From an uncultured Methanosarcinales archaeon (GTDB lineage Archaea > Nanobdellota > Nanobdellia > Woesearchaeales > GW2011-AR15), in NCBI GenBank assembly GCA_964512765.1, contig CAZEKF010000003.1, positions 5,249-69,248 of the forward strand: a stretch of DNA of 64,000 bases, given 5' to 3'. The first letter of the stretch is position 1, and the number at the start of each line of letters is the position of its first letter. Made by a program: the position numbers and the translations under genes. Below, in pieces: positions 1 through 9,839 of this stretch. Under the pieces are notes generated by a model. That model saw nothing but the letters and a program-made list of their open reading frames with translations. It was not told the origin of the DNA and did not search any database.

Positions 1-547
1 TTATAGTAACTATGTCTCTGATTACGGGATTGTTACTTCTAATGACTTGTTTAAATATGGATTACCTTCTCCGAGACATTTTGATTATGAACTTGACAGG
101 ATAACAAGCACAATTGTTAATAACACTGATAAACATAATTCATCAATTTTAATCATACCAAACTCTGAACTGTTAGATGCTTTATACCATAAAATATTGT
201 TAAAAAGATTATCATACACTATAGATAGAGGCATTTTTTGCATTGGTTCAGGAGGTAGTACAAACTGTGACCCATTGGATAATACTCAATATAGAAATAA
301 AGAATATATTTGTAACCAAGATTTCGTGATTGATTACGATGGCAAATTTAGCTATGACAAGTATAGTGTAATCTTTCTTCCTAAAGAATCAGAAGTGCAT
401 ACTCAAATTATTCAGCCGTTGATAACAAACTGGAACATGTGCAAAGGTAATTTCAAAATTATTGAAAAGATTGAAAATAAAACTGATACAACCACTCGGT
501 ACAGAGTTAATATTAACATCCACAAAAAAGTAAATCCGTATGACTAA
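1..547 (+). CDS. hypothetical protein, probably 5'-truncated by the window edge
   Basis: The reading frame is open from base 2 to the TAA at 545-547. The track start at 47 is only a TTG. No recognisable catalytic motif. Confidence 0.4.
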   Translation, partial: YSNYVSDYGIVTSNDLFKYGLPSPRHFDYELDRITSTIVNNTDKHNSSILIIPNSELLDALYHKILLKRLSYTIDRGIFCIGSGGSTNCDPLDNTQYRNKEYICNQDFVIDYDGKFSYDKYSVIFLPKESEVHTQIIQPLITNWNMCKGNFKIIEKIENKTDTTTRYRVNINIHKKVNPYD

Positions 548-597
548 ATAGAATGTTAATCAAGATTATTGCAAAAAGATTACTTTTTTGGGATCCC

Positions 598-668
598 AGA
601 AATCCAATTATACATTGTAAGGAACAAGCATAAAATGAACAAAAGAAATCCTAATTTATTGGATTTCT
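598..668. promoter_or_regulatory. perfect 11-bp inverted repeat AGAAATCCAAT (598-608) / ATTGGATTTCT (658-668) with a third direct AGAAATCC copy at 644-651, upstream of the gene starting at 682
   Basis: Read directly from the sequence. It lies in the 134-nt spacer between the stop at 547 and the ATG at 682. Confidence 0.3.
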
Positions 669-681
669 ATGATATACAAGA

Positions 682-2169
682 ATGAAAAAATTTAAGATAA
701 TAAGTATAATTTTATTAATTGCGTTTGTTACCAGACTATATTTTCTAACAACAACTGAAAACTATTACAATGAAGAATCTCCTGCATATGTCAGAGATGC
801 AATGAGAATTGTTAAAACTAAACATTTTCCTGTCTGGCACAACCATCCGGGTGGTTATCAGTACATACTTGCGTTCTTACTATTTATGTTCAAACCAATA
901 ATTAGCGCTGTTTTAATGCCTAGATTGTTTAACTTTATTCTTGGCATGTTTACTATCTATTTCTATTTCCTATTGTCTAGGAAATTGTTTGGAAAAACAA
1001 CAGCGATTGTTTCAAGTGTAATACTCTCTTTGAGCATACAACATATTATGCTAAGTATTAACACTTTAAGTTATGGTCCTATGTATTTTGGATTGATAGC
1101 AGGATTGTATTATTTTATTAGTTATTTGGGTTCTAACAAAAACAAACAGTTTGTTTTGTCAATGATTTTCATTGCTTTTGCTAGTATGATGAGACAGGAA
1201 GCATGGTTAATAATTCCTGTGTTAGCCCTTGTTTTATTATTAAGAAAAAAATTGATCCGACTAATCTGGTTCATAATTTTAACATCAAGTTTTCCAGTTT
1301 ACTATATGACAAAACTATTTTTCATGTATAAAAACCCGTTTGAATTTTATTATGTAGGCGGTGGGTTTGATTCATTAGTAAATTATTTTGACTGGAAAAT
1401 GTTTTTAACTTTCACTAAATATTTGATAGCAAACTACCCGTTGTTTTTGTTTGTTGCTGGATTATTAGGGATGTTACTGTGTTTTAAACATATAAAAAAG
1501 TACAAGCACAAATACCTAATGATTGCTTTTTTTGTTCTGAACTATATTTTTTATCAAATAATGGTCATGAGCCATAACTTTATCTTTATTAGTTCCTACG
1601 GTGATGAATATACAAGGTATAGTGTAATTTTTATTATTTTTTTAATTCCATTTACTGTTGATTTTTTTAACAAGAGTTTTACAAAAATAACTAAAAATAA
1701 AATTGTAGCAACAGTTTTAATAACTCTTCTCATGATTCCTTTTTTAACAGTTACTTACAACAATTATAGCAAATATAAACAAACCAAATTTATACCACCT
1801 GGTGAATATTACGAACTAAGAGATTTCTTAGTAAACAACATTCCAGAAGATACTAAATTATACATTGCCACAGATCTTCCACAAAGAATATCATTCGCTG
1901 TCACTGAATCAAACAATGCTTACCAATTAAGTTATTTTATTACGCCTGAAATTTTTAACCAATTGAATAATTTTAATGCTAAGTCCTTGTATGAAATCGC
2001 AGAGGATCACATTAAAGAAGACACTTATTCAGGAGATTATATATTAATAATTGACCAAGCTGTTACAAGATTAATCAATATGGAACAATATGAACAGTAT
2101 TATGATGATACTAAGTTTGAAAAAACTAAGATAAACCGTGTATTAATTCTTAAACCTGTAAAAGAATAG
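682..2169 (+). CDS. polytopic membrane protein, GT-C-fold glycosyltransferase-like (ArnT/PMT-like architecture)
   Basis: Hydrophobic helices span roughly the first 360 aa and are followed by a soluble C-terminal domain of about 130 aa. The gene sits next to a polyprenyl-phosphate-sugar-type GT2. No exact family motif is claimed. Confidence 0.45.
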   Translation: MKKFKIISIILLIAFVTRLYFLTTTENYYNEESPAYVRDAMRIVKTKHFPVWHNHPGGYQYILAFLLFMFKPIISAVLMPRLFNFILGMFTIYFYFLLSRKLFGKTTAIVSSVILSLSIQHIMLSINTLSYGPMYFGLIAGLYYFISYLGSNKNKQFVLSMIFIAFASMMRQEAWLIIPVLALVLLLRKKLIRLIWFIILTSSFPVYYMTKLFFMYKNPFEFYYVGGGFDSLVNYFDWKMFLTFTKYLIANYPLFLFVAGLLGMLLCFKHIKKYKHKYLMIAFFVLNYIFYQIMVMSHNFIFISSYGDEYTRYSVIFIIFLIPFTVDFFNKSFTKITKNKIVATVLITLLMIPFLTVTYNNYSKYKQTKFIPPGEYYELRDFLVNNIPEDTKLYIATDLPQRISFAVTESNNAYQLSYFITPEIFNQLNNFNAKSLYEIAEDHIKEDTYSGDYILIIDQAVTRLINMEQYEQYYDDTKFEKTKINRVLILKPVKE

Positions 2170-2823
2170 TTTTGACAACATAACAAATCCATCTTTCAAT
2201 CTAATTTTTTTACCTTGTTTTCTAGACCGTGGTTTAAATGTTATTGGAATTTCTTTTATCTTGAAATTATTCTTACAAACATAATTTGTAAATTCTGTTT
2301 CAAAACCAAAACCTTTCTCTTTTAAACAAAGTTTTTGTTTTACTTTTTTAGTAAACGCTTTGTAACATGTTGTAACATCTGTAAATTTTCTATTATAAAG
2401 TAAATTCGCTGTTTGTGTTATTATTTGGTTTCCAAAATAATAAATTATATTATGTTGGTTACATTTTATAAATCTTGTACCAAAAACCACATCACATTGG
2501 TTTTTTATTAAATGTTTTATTAATTTAGGAATCTCTTTTGGATCATATTCAAAATCTGCGTCTTGTATAATAAAAAAGTCTGCTTTAGCAAGTTTTAACC
2601 CTTGTTGAATTGCATAACCTTTGCCAATGTTTTTAGTGTAAGAAATTACTTTGATTTTATTTGATTTTACTTTTTTTATTTCGTCTAGTGAACCGTCTGT
2701 TGATCCGTCATTAACAACAATGATCTCATATGTAACAGGAAATTTAACTTTTAAAATAGATTCAAGAACTTTCTTAATATGGTTCTCTTCATTATAAACT
2801 GGTACAAGAATTGATAATTTCAT
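2143..2823 (-). CDS. GT2 glycosyltransferase, polyprenyl-phosphate sugar synthase-like (DPM1/GtrB/ArnC type)
   Basis: Motifs LSILVPVYNEE, IVVNDGSTDGS and the DxD-type QDADFEYDP. Soluble, 226 aa. Confidence 0.85.
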   Translation of the reverse strand: MKLSILVPVYNEENHIKKVLESILKVKFPVTYEIIVVNDGSTDGSLDEIKKVKSNKIKVISYTKNIGKGYAIQQGLKLAKADFFIIQDADFEYDPKEIPKLIKHLIKNQCDVVFGTRFIKCNQHNIIYYFGNQIITQTANLLYNRKFTDVTTCYKAFTKKVKQKLCLKEKGFGFETEFTNYVCKNNFKIKEIPITFKPRSRKQGKKIRLKDGFVMLSKLFFYRFKN

Positions 2824-3923
2824 TTTTCAATAATTTCTATTAACGCATTATACAAAACATCTCCAATAATTGCATGTCCTTTATTGTTCAAATGTGAATA
2901 ATCATCAGGTGCAAGTCTTATAGATTCCCAGTCTACATCTTTTTCATCTATTAAAGGATATAGATCAATAGTTGTTATGTTATATTCTGATTCAGGGTAA
3001 GTCAAAATCCATTCATCATTAACATTACTATCTTTAATTAAATTTGGGAATGAAACTATTATTAATTTAAATCCGTGTTTCTGAGACAATGAATGAAATT
3101 TACCTATTGAATCTCTATTATAATCTATATTTGTATTGCCACCAATCAATTTGTATATCTCTGACGGATATTTGATTGGATCGATTCGTGAAAGCATATT
3201 GTATATTCTTAGATTTATAAACCTGTAGAACGCAGAATATCTTAGTAAAAACATATTTATTTTTTTAGAAACAGGAAAAACACTTGGCATGTTAACACTG
3301 AACAATTCATACTTGTTTGTTACAGGTTTGCTGCCTTCTGACCCGTCTTTTGAATATTTTAACACATTTGTAGGTCCATAATCATCTTGCACAAAGTTCA
3401 CCAAGACCATGTCTGGTTTATATTCAATTAACTTTGTTTCAAGAAAAATGTATTTTTGTACTAAGTTATATGCACTAACTCCTGCATTCATAACTTCATA
3501 TTCACTATCAAAATTGTTATTAAGTTTTGATTCAAGTATTTTTAAAAATGTATCATTAAGCAAAGTTGCTTGACCAAAAGTAACAGAATCTCCAAGAGCA
3601 ATTATCCTGTAAGAATTTTCTGGTTTATTTTTTGAAAATTCTCTATCACGAATGCCGAACGAGTTAATATTAATATCAATGTTTTGCCAGTCTAGATTTA
3701 CTCCTGAATTTAATTCATAGCTTAACCCTGGTATGTCTGAATGAACGTGCACTCTTTTTCTTAGATCACCTTTGTATTGGTTCTCAGAATCAATTGTGTA
3801 ACCTGTACTTGAATAAAAATCAATGTCTTCTATCAATAAAAATATAATTTCAAAAAAAATTATCAGAAAAAGAACAGTGAAAATTAATAACATTATATTT
3901 TTCAGTCTTTTTTTTAACTTCAT
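2820..3923 (-). CDS. membrane-anchored SGNH/GDSL-family hydrolase
   Basis: N-terminal TM helix. Block I is IIALGDSVTFG and block V-like is DDYSHLNNKGH. 4-nt overlap with the downstream GT2. Confidence 0.65.
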   Translation of the reverse strand: MKLKKRLKNIMLLIFTVLFLIIFFEIIFLLIEDIDFYSSTGYTIDSENQYKGDLRKRVHVHSDIPGLSYELNSGVNLDWQNIDININSFGIRDREFSKNKPENSYRIIALGDSVTFGQATLLNDTFLKILESKLNNNFDSEYEVMNAGVSAYNLVQKYIFLETKLIEYKPDMVLVNFVQDDYGPTNVLKYSKDGSEGSKPVTNKYELFSVNMPSVFPVSKKINMFLLRYSAFYRFINLRIYNMLSRIDPIKYPSEIYKLIGGNTNIDYNRDSIGKFHSLSQKHGFKLIIVSFPNLIKDSNVNDEWILTYPESEYNITTIDLYPLIDEKDVDWESIRLAPDDYSHLNNKGHAIIGDVLYNALIEIIEK

Positions 3924-3995
3924 GATCTCCTAATATACAACTCCCTTTATATTTTTTCTGTCACATGTTTTTAAATTAACTTTTACGTGTAAACA

Positions 3996-4003
3996 TTTAT
4001 ATA
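3996..4003 (+). promoter_or_regulatory. TATA-box-like element TTTATATA about 30 nt upstream of the ATG at 4033
   Basis: Sequence and spacing fit an archaeal TATA box with a short leader. In DNA this AT-rich such matches also arise by chance. Confidence 0.2.
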
Positions 4004-4032
4004 GTATAATTTCAATAGAAAAAAATATAAAA

Positions 4033-5784
4033 ATGCGTTTAACAAAGTATGAGCATGTTATTCTTATTGGAGTTATTTGTGTATTCTTGACTGGATTATT
4101 TTTAAGTGTCAAAAATACTGTCTATACAGGAAAGGTTACAGATGATATTCTTAAAAAAGCATCTGTAGTATATTCTAAAGGAGAGTATAAAGATGCAGAA
4201 AAAATGTATGTTTCTATCCAAAAAAAGAATCCTAAGATTGATATTGTTTATTCTCATTTATTCTGGATATATTACCAAAATCCGCTCAAAGACCATGAAG
4301 ATGCTCAAGATGTTATTGACAAATACTTATCCCATTTTCCTGACAGCGTAAAAGCGCATAGTTACCAAGTAATACTGTTCTTAGATTTAAATGAGCTTGA
4401 TAAAGCAAAAAATCATATCAAACATATCAAAGGTTTAGATTATTCAGTAAGTCACTGGGCACAAGCATATTATTACAGCAAAATTGGTAAAGAATTAAAA
4501 ACAATGGAAATGCTACGAAAATATCTTAACTCAGAAAAAACTTATCACCTTGATCACTTGGAAAGAAATATATTTATTACTCTCTTACATCATCTTAAGT
4601 TCAATCATGATGTTAATGATGTTAAATGGTTTTTTGATTATTTGATTAATGAGCAGAACAATACTTATTATATTTCTGAAGCAAAACAAGCACTGTCCAA
4701 GATGTATTTAGCCAAAGGTGATTATGAAAAAGCTGAAAGAATAATAATGGATATTAACAACGCATGCTCGTATCAAGCTCTCGGTGTTTTATATTCAAAA
4801 ATGAATCAGTTTGACGATGCATTAGAGTTCTATAAAGAATCTGCTGACAAAAAGCCAGAAGATCATGGATATCAGTCAAGAACAGCTCTGAAATGTTTCA
4901 ATTACGGTGATTATGACTGTGCATTAAAATATGTTAATAATGCTATTAACCTGAAACAAGACGCTATTGTTTATAGCGAACTCAAAGGATATGTTTTTCT
5001 TGCTCTTAATAGAAGAGATGATGCCGAACAAATTTTTAATGAGTTAAAGAATAACCAAGCAAGTATCATGTCAAAAATTGGGTTAGCTCATATTCATATA
5101 ATTGACAAAGACTACTCATTGGCAATTGAATTACTGAATAAAGGTTTAAAAGAATTAAAAACAATTGAGGGTCATGAATATGAAAAAAAATATTTGATAC
5201 CTTACATTGGCTCATTTAAGGAAATTTCAGAGGACATGGCTAATCTCGGACTAGGTTGGGTACATGCTAACCAGAATCTGCATGATAATGCAATTGAATA
5301 TTATAATAAGATCCTAAACATAGATTCTAAACATTTGTTAGCAATAACCAGCAAAGCCAACTCATTAATGGCTCTTGGTAGAACAAAAGAAGCTTCGCAG
5401 TTATTACATGGCGCTTTAGAAATCTACCCCGACAACATTTATTTGATCGAGGCCAGCGGACTAGTTGATTACAATCTGGGCCAGTATGACGAAGCTGAAC
5501 AAAAGTTTAAGAAAGCACTTACTTTTAACAATGAAACATACACTTGTCCATACGAAGGTCTTGGCATGATTTATTATAAGACAGGTGACTATGACCAAGC
5601 AAAAAAGAATTTGTTAAAATCCATTGAAATTAATCCTGATATTGAATACAGGAAATATAACACCTTAGCCAAGATCTATATTAATGAAGGAAAAATAGAT
5701 GAAGCAAAAAAATTATTAGAAAAATCAATAGAAAATTTTCCGTATGATAATGAAGCTAGTGAGTTCTTAAATAACCTAAAATGA
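4033..5784 (+). CDS. membrane-anchored TPR repeat protein, CPY-GLG family
   Basis: N-terminal TM helix (VILIGVICVFLTGLFL) and many 34-aa TPR-like repeats. The C-terminal module is ETYTCPYEGLGMIYYKTGDYDQAKKNL...YNTLAKIYINEGKIDEAKKLLEKSIE, shared with six other genes in the window. Confidence 0.85.
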   Translation: MRLTKYEHVILIGVICVFLTGLFLSVKNTVYTGKVTDDILKKASVVYSKGEYKDAEKMYVSIQKKNPKIDIVYSHLFWIYYQNPLKDHEDAQDVIDKYLSHFPDSVKAHSYQVILFLDLNELDKAKNHIKHIKGLDYSVSHWAQAYYYSKIGKELKTMEMLRKYLNSEKTYHLDHLERNIFITLLHHLKFNHDVNDVKWFFDYLINEQNNTYYISEAKQALSKMYLAKGDYEKAERIIMDINNACSYQALGVLYSKMNQFDDALEFYKESADKKPEDHGYQSRTALKCFNYGDYDCALKYVNNAINLKQDAIVYSELKGYVFLALNRRDDAEQIFNELKNNQASIMSKIGLAHIHIIDKDYSLAIELLNKGLKELKTIEGHEYEKKYLIPYIGSFKEISEDMANLGLGWVHANQNLHDNAIEYYNKILNIDSKHLLAITSKANSLMALGRTKEASQLLHGALEIYPDNIYLIEASGLVDYNLGQYDEAEQKFKKALTFNNETYTCPYEGLGMIYYKTGDYDQAKKNLLKSIEINPDIEYRKYNTLAKIYINEGKIDEAKKLLEKSIENFPYDNEASEFLNNLK

Positions 5785-6485
5785 AAAAAAGATTATTTCA
5801 TGTTTTCATAATTCTTGTTTTCTTATCTTCAAGTTATTTTTTCTTTAAAACATATTTGGTCTGGGAATGTCCTTCTGATATGGTCTACGTTCCTGCTGGA
5901 AAGTTTTTAATGAGATGGACAGGTGAAAGATACAACGGATCCACTGAAAACAGTGTTTACACAAACCATTATTGTATTGACATTTATGAATTTCCAAACA
6001 TAATAGGTGAATATCCAAGATCAGCAAACTGGACAGACGCAAAAAAAATGTGCAAAGAACATAAAAAGAAATTATGCACAGAATATGAATGGCAGAAAGC
6101 TTGTCAAGGACCTAACAATTATTTATATCCTTACGGGAATGAGTTTGACGAATATAAATGTAACACACACACCAATAATACTCCAAGAAAACCTGTACCA
6201 ATTGGTTCATTTCCTGAATGTGTAAGCGGTTACGGTGTTCATGATATGAGTGGAAGTCTAAGTGAATGGGTTTTTAACACCTGGCACAATGATCCTAACA
6301 TAAAAACAATAAAAGGAGGGTCATATAATATCAATATTAATAATATGCAAAAATGGTTTAATAACACCTGGGTTTTTGTATTATATTCCAATGCCTGTGA
6401 CTCGATTCATCATCATACTATAAATAACTGGATTGCTGACGACGGGTTCAGATGTTGTAAAAATCCAAATATTAGAATTAATTAA
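5781..6485 (+). CDS. membrane-anchored FGE-sulfatase (SUMF1-like) domain protein
   Basis: N-terminal TM helix. Motifs YCIDIYEFPN, WTDAKKMC, LCTEYEWQKAC and GVHDMSGSLSEW are typical of the formylglycine-generating-enzyme fold. ATGA start/stop overlap with the upstream TPR gene. Confidence 0.7.
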   Translation: MKKRLFHVFIILVFLSSSYFFFKTYLVWECPSDMVYVPAGKFLMRWTGERYNGSTENSVYTNHYCIDIYEFPNIIGEYPRSANWTDAKKMCKEHKKKLCTEYEWQKACQGPNNYLYPYGNEFDEYKCNTHTNNTPRKPVPIGSFPECVSGYGVHDMSGSLSEWVFNTWHNDPNIKTIKGGSYNININNMQKWFNNTWVFVLYSNACDSIHHHTINNWIADDGFRCCKNPNIRIN

Positions 6486-6494
6486 AAATTAGCT

Positions 6495-7901
6495 CTACTT
6501 GTTAAAATACATTGATAATCCTGCCTTAGCATACCTTCTCAATTCTTTAAATGATTTAATGTTTGACAATGTGTTAACAATAAACCTTGGTCTAAAGTAA
6601 AATTCTTTGTACGCTTTTTTAATCCATTTATTAAGTTCCTTATCACTTAAGTTACAGTTTATCCTTGGAAGTGGTTTAACATGAGTTTTATCTTTTACAT
6701 ACTCCTGCCAATAATCATAACCTATTATTTCTTTAAGATCATCATAATTTCCTGTCCCTGGTAAATTACTGAACCTGTTAAACTGCGCATAATCCAATGG
6801 CAATGATTTTGCTAAATTAATTGTTCTTCTTATGGAAGATCTAGTTTCGCCAGGGCAACCGAACATGAAATAGCCGAACGCTAGTATCTTATGTTTTTTT
6901 GTTAAATAAATTGATTTCCTGATTTGTTCAATTTTTGTGAATTTTTTTATGTTTTTCAGTATTGTTTCATCGCCTGATTCTATGCCGTAATAAATCCTGT
7001 AACACCCTGCTTTTTTCATTTCAATTAACATTTCTTCATCAATTGTATCGACTCTTGACCTGCAAGACCACGCTAACTTAAATTTTCTTTTTTGGATTTC
7101 ATTACAAATTTCAATAACACGTTTTTTGTTAATAGTGAACAACGGATCAAAAATATCTATCTCACGAACCTTGTATCTATGGTAACACTCATCAATTTCT
7201 TTAACAACATTACCAGCTGACCTATACCTTATATCTCCTGTGCGTTGTTCACAAAAACTGCAAGAAAATGTGCAACCTCGACTTGTTATCATGATTGCAT
7301 AATTTTTATACTTAGAAATAAACGAATAATATTTCTTCATTGGTAAAAGGTTTCTGGCTGGGAATGGTATTTTATCAAGATTTTTAATTTTAGGCCTTGG
7401 TTTTGTTATTATGATTTTATTCTTATTTTTGTACACCATTCCTTGTACTTTTGACAAATCATTATTATTTTCTAACGCATCTAATAACTCAACAACAGTT
7501 TCTTCAGCTTCGCCAATTATTCCAAAGTCAATATCATCATATTCCAAAGTTTCTTTAGAAAATAAACCAACGTGCTGCCCGCCAATGATAACTTTTGCTT
7601 TTACTTGATTTTTAAAATATCTAATAACTTGAATTGTCTCATGAAACAAATAAGTTGTAATTGTAAACATCATGATGTCTGGCTGGAACTTCTTAACAAT
7701 CCTTACCATATCATTTAATGAATACCCAGACGCCATTGCGTCAAGAAAAATAATATCATGATTTGCTCCCTGTAACGCACCTGCAACGTATGCAAGGCTC
7801 ATGTTAGGATAAACACCGTAATTATCTGCAACAGCTTTAATGTTTGGCTGGTTAACCTTAGAAACAACTCCAAACGAAGGATAGATAATAGCTATTTTCA
7901 T
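6495..7901 (-). CDS. B12-binding-domain radical SAM protein (class B type)
   Basis: N-terminal Rossmann-like B12-binding region (KIAIIYPSFG...LDAMASG), then ITSRGCTFSCSFCEQ (CX3CX2C). 468 aa. Confidence 0.85.
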   Translation of the reverse strand: MKIAIIYPSFGVVSKVNQPNIKAVADNYGVYPNMSLAYVAGALQGANHDIIFLDAMASGYSLNDMVRIVKKFQPDIMMFTITTYLFHETIQVIRYFKNQVKAKVIIGGQHVGLFSKETLEYDDIDFGIIGEAEETVVELLDALENNNDLSKVQGMVYKNKNKIIITKPRPKIKNLDKIPFPARNLLPMKKYYSFISKYKNYAIMITSRGCTFSCSFCEQRTGDIRYRSAGNVVKEIDECYHRYKVREIDIFDPLFTINKKRVIEICNEIQKRKFKLAWSCRSRVDTIDEEMLIEMKKAGCYRIYYGIESGDETILKNIKKFTKIEQIRKSIYLTKKHKILAFGYFMFGCPGETRSSIRRTINLAKSLPLDYAQFNRFSNLPGTGNYDDLKEIIGYDYWQEYVKDKTHVKPLPRINCNLSDKELNKWIKKAYKEFYFRPRFIVNTLSNIKSFKELRRYAKAGLSMYFNK

Positions 7902-7934
7902 TTATTTAATTGATTATTTCTATTATTATAAAGA

Positions 7935-8756
7935 TTATGTGTGTTTTATGAAATAATTAAGATCAAAGAACTGATTATAAAAAAAAGTAAGAGTTGTAAT
8001 TAAAACTAAACTCAGTTTAAAGTTAAGGATATCTTTGATTAAATAATTAACAAACAAATAAGGATTATATAAAACAATTCGTTTTACTAAGTTAATAAAA
8101 TTGTTTGGAAGGTCATAACTAAAAAAACTCCAGTTTCTTGCAGTTTTAATAACAGAAATAAGAATGTCTTTTTTAAGATGATAACATACTGCTTTTGGTT
8201 CATATACTAAATGATAACCAGATTTTTTGAGTTTATTAGAAATGTCAACGTCTTCATAGTTAGTTTTGTATTTTTCATTGTAACCATTAACTTTTTTCAA
8301 TGCCGAAATTTTGAATATTGTGTTTGAACCAAACAAGAACTCTGGGTTTTTGATTAAGTTATTTCCCCAGTGTTGTTTTAAGTGAAATGAACGCCATTTA
8401 TCTGGTAGTGACTTTGTGTTTTTTTCAATTAACTTGCCACCAACTCCAACAACATTTCTTTTGTTAAAATGCTTTGTAATATGCTTAAACCAGTCTTTGG
8501 AAACAAGAACATCTGCGTCAATAAAACCAATAAACTCAGTTTTACAATGGTTTAAAGCAATATTTCTTGCGTTTGCCAGGTGTTTAGCTTTTTTGTTAAG
8601 AATTTTTATTTTATATTTTTTAACAAGGTTCAAAGTATTATCTGTTGACCCAGAATCTATCACATAAACATTTTTACTAATTTCAAGAACACTACTTATA
8701 CATTGTTCAATAGTTTTCTCAGCATTTAATGTTGGTATATAAATATTAAATTTCAT
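7935..8756 (-). CDS. GT2 family glycosyltransferase
   Basis: Motifs [29 protein letters not shown] and FIDADV (DxD). Confidence 0.8.
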   Translation of the reverse strand: MKFNIYIPTLNAEKTIEQCISSVLEISKNVYVIDSGSTDNTLNLVKKYKIKILNKKAKHLANARNIALNHCKTEFIGFIDADVLVSKDWFKHITKHFNKRNVVGVGGKLIEKNTKSLPDKWRSFHLKQHWGNNLIKNPEFLFGSNTIFKISALKKVNGYNEKYKTNYEDVDISNKLKKSGYHLVYEPKAVCYHLKKDILISVIKTARNWSFFSYDLPNNFINLVKRIVLYNPYLFVNYLIKDILNFKLSLVLITTLTFFYNQFFDLNYFIKHT

Positions 8757-9798
8757 ATGCTTTAACTAATTCTTTTAATATCATGTCAATATCATACTTG
8801 TATTTCCACTCAGGATAATGTTTCTGGAATTTTCTAACATCTGATATGTACCAGATATGGTCACCTGTTCTATGATTGTCATCAGTGGTTATTATTGCTT
8901 TTTTATTACTTAGCTTTTCAATCTTATCAACGGCTTCAAGTATGGATATGTTTGAATATCGTGACCCGCCCATGTTATAAACTTCTCCTTGTTTAGGATC
9001 TTTTGAAAATTCTTCAAATGCATTAACTAGATCATACGAATGTATGTTATCACGTACTTGTTTACCTTTATAACCCAGTATTTTGTATTCTTTGTCTTGG
9101 ACAATACATTTAACTAAATATGATAAAAATCCATGGAGTTTAGCACCTGAATGCATTGGCCCTGTTATACAACCGCATCTAAAAATTCCAGTTTTCAAAC
9201 CAAAATATTTTGCATATTCCTGTGCCATTATATCTGCAGATAATTTAGAAGCACCCATTAAACTATGCTTTGAATTATCTATCTGCATTGACTCGTCAAT
9301 ACCATGTTCAGAAAACTTATGCCCTGAATCAAGTTCAAACCTGGTTTCCTTTTCAACAATTGGCAATTTGTTAGGCGTATCTCCATAAACCTTGTTAGTT
9401 GATAAATGTATAAAAACAGCATTTGGCGAAAACTGTCTAGTGTTTTCTAATAAAACAAGAGTGCCGTTTGCATTCACACTAAAATCTGTCTGCGGTTCTT
9501 TAGCAGCCCAATCATGAGACGGTTGTGCAGCTGCATGAACTATTAAATCAAACGGAGCATGTTCTTCAAATATTTGTTTGATTGTATCTTTATCCCTTAT
9601 ATCTTCTGAATAATGTTTGTAATTGTTTAAAGATTCTAGTTGTTGTCTAACTTTACTGGTACTAGCTTCTTTACCAAAGAAATAAGCTCTCATATCATTA
9701 TCTATACCAATAACTTCACAACCTTTATCTGCATAAAACCTTACAGTTTCAGAACCAACTAATCCTGTTGAACCTGTTACCAATACTTTCTTAACCAA
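8746..9798 (-). CDS. NAD-dependent sugar epimerase/dehydratase (extended SDR, CDP-paratose-2-epimerase-like)
   Basis: Motifs [12 protein letters not shown] (Rossmann), STNKVYGD and GKQVRD. The expected Y-x3-K site reads LMGASK (see findings). Confidence 0.8.
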   Translation of the reverse strand: MVKKVLVTGSTGLVGSETVRFYADKGCEVIGIDNDMRAYFFGKEASTSKVRQQLESLNNYKHYSEDIRDKDTIKQIFEEHAPFDLIVHAAAQPSHDWAAKEPQTDFSVNANGTLVLLENTRQFSPNAVFIHLSTNKVYGDTPNKLPIVEKETRFELDSGHKFSEHGIDESMQIDNSKHSLMGASKLSADIMAQEYAKYFGLKTGIFRCGCITGPMHSGAKLHGFLSYLVKCIVQDKEYKILGYKGKQVRDNIHSYDLVNAFEEFSKDPKQGEVYNMGGSRYSNISILEAVDKIEKLSNKKAIITTDDNHRTGDHIWYISDVRKFQKHYPEWKYKYDIDMILKELVKAYEI

Positions 9799-9839
9799 AT
9801 TAAACCCCCTTATAATACAGTAAGATTAAGGAATTTGAT

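Noticed and set aside
3930-4112. 60-aa ORF on the minus strand overlapping the start of the TPR gene.
   Set aside because: It overlaps the promoter and 5' end of a well-supported gene. It has no motif and an unremarkable composition. Treated as spurious.
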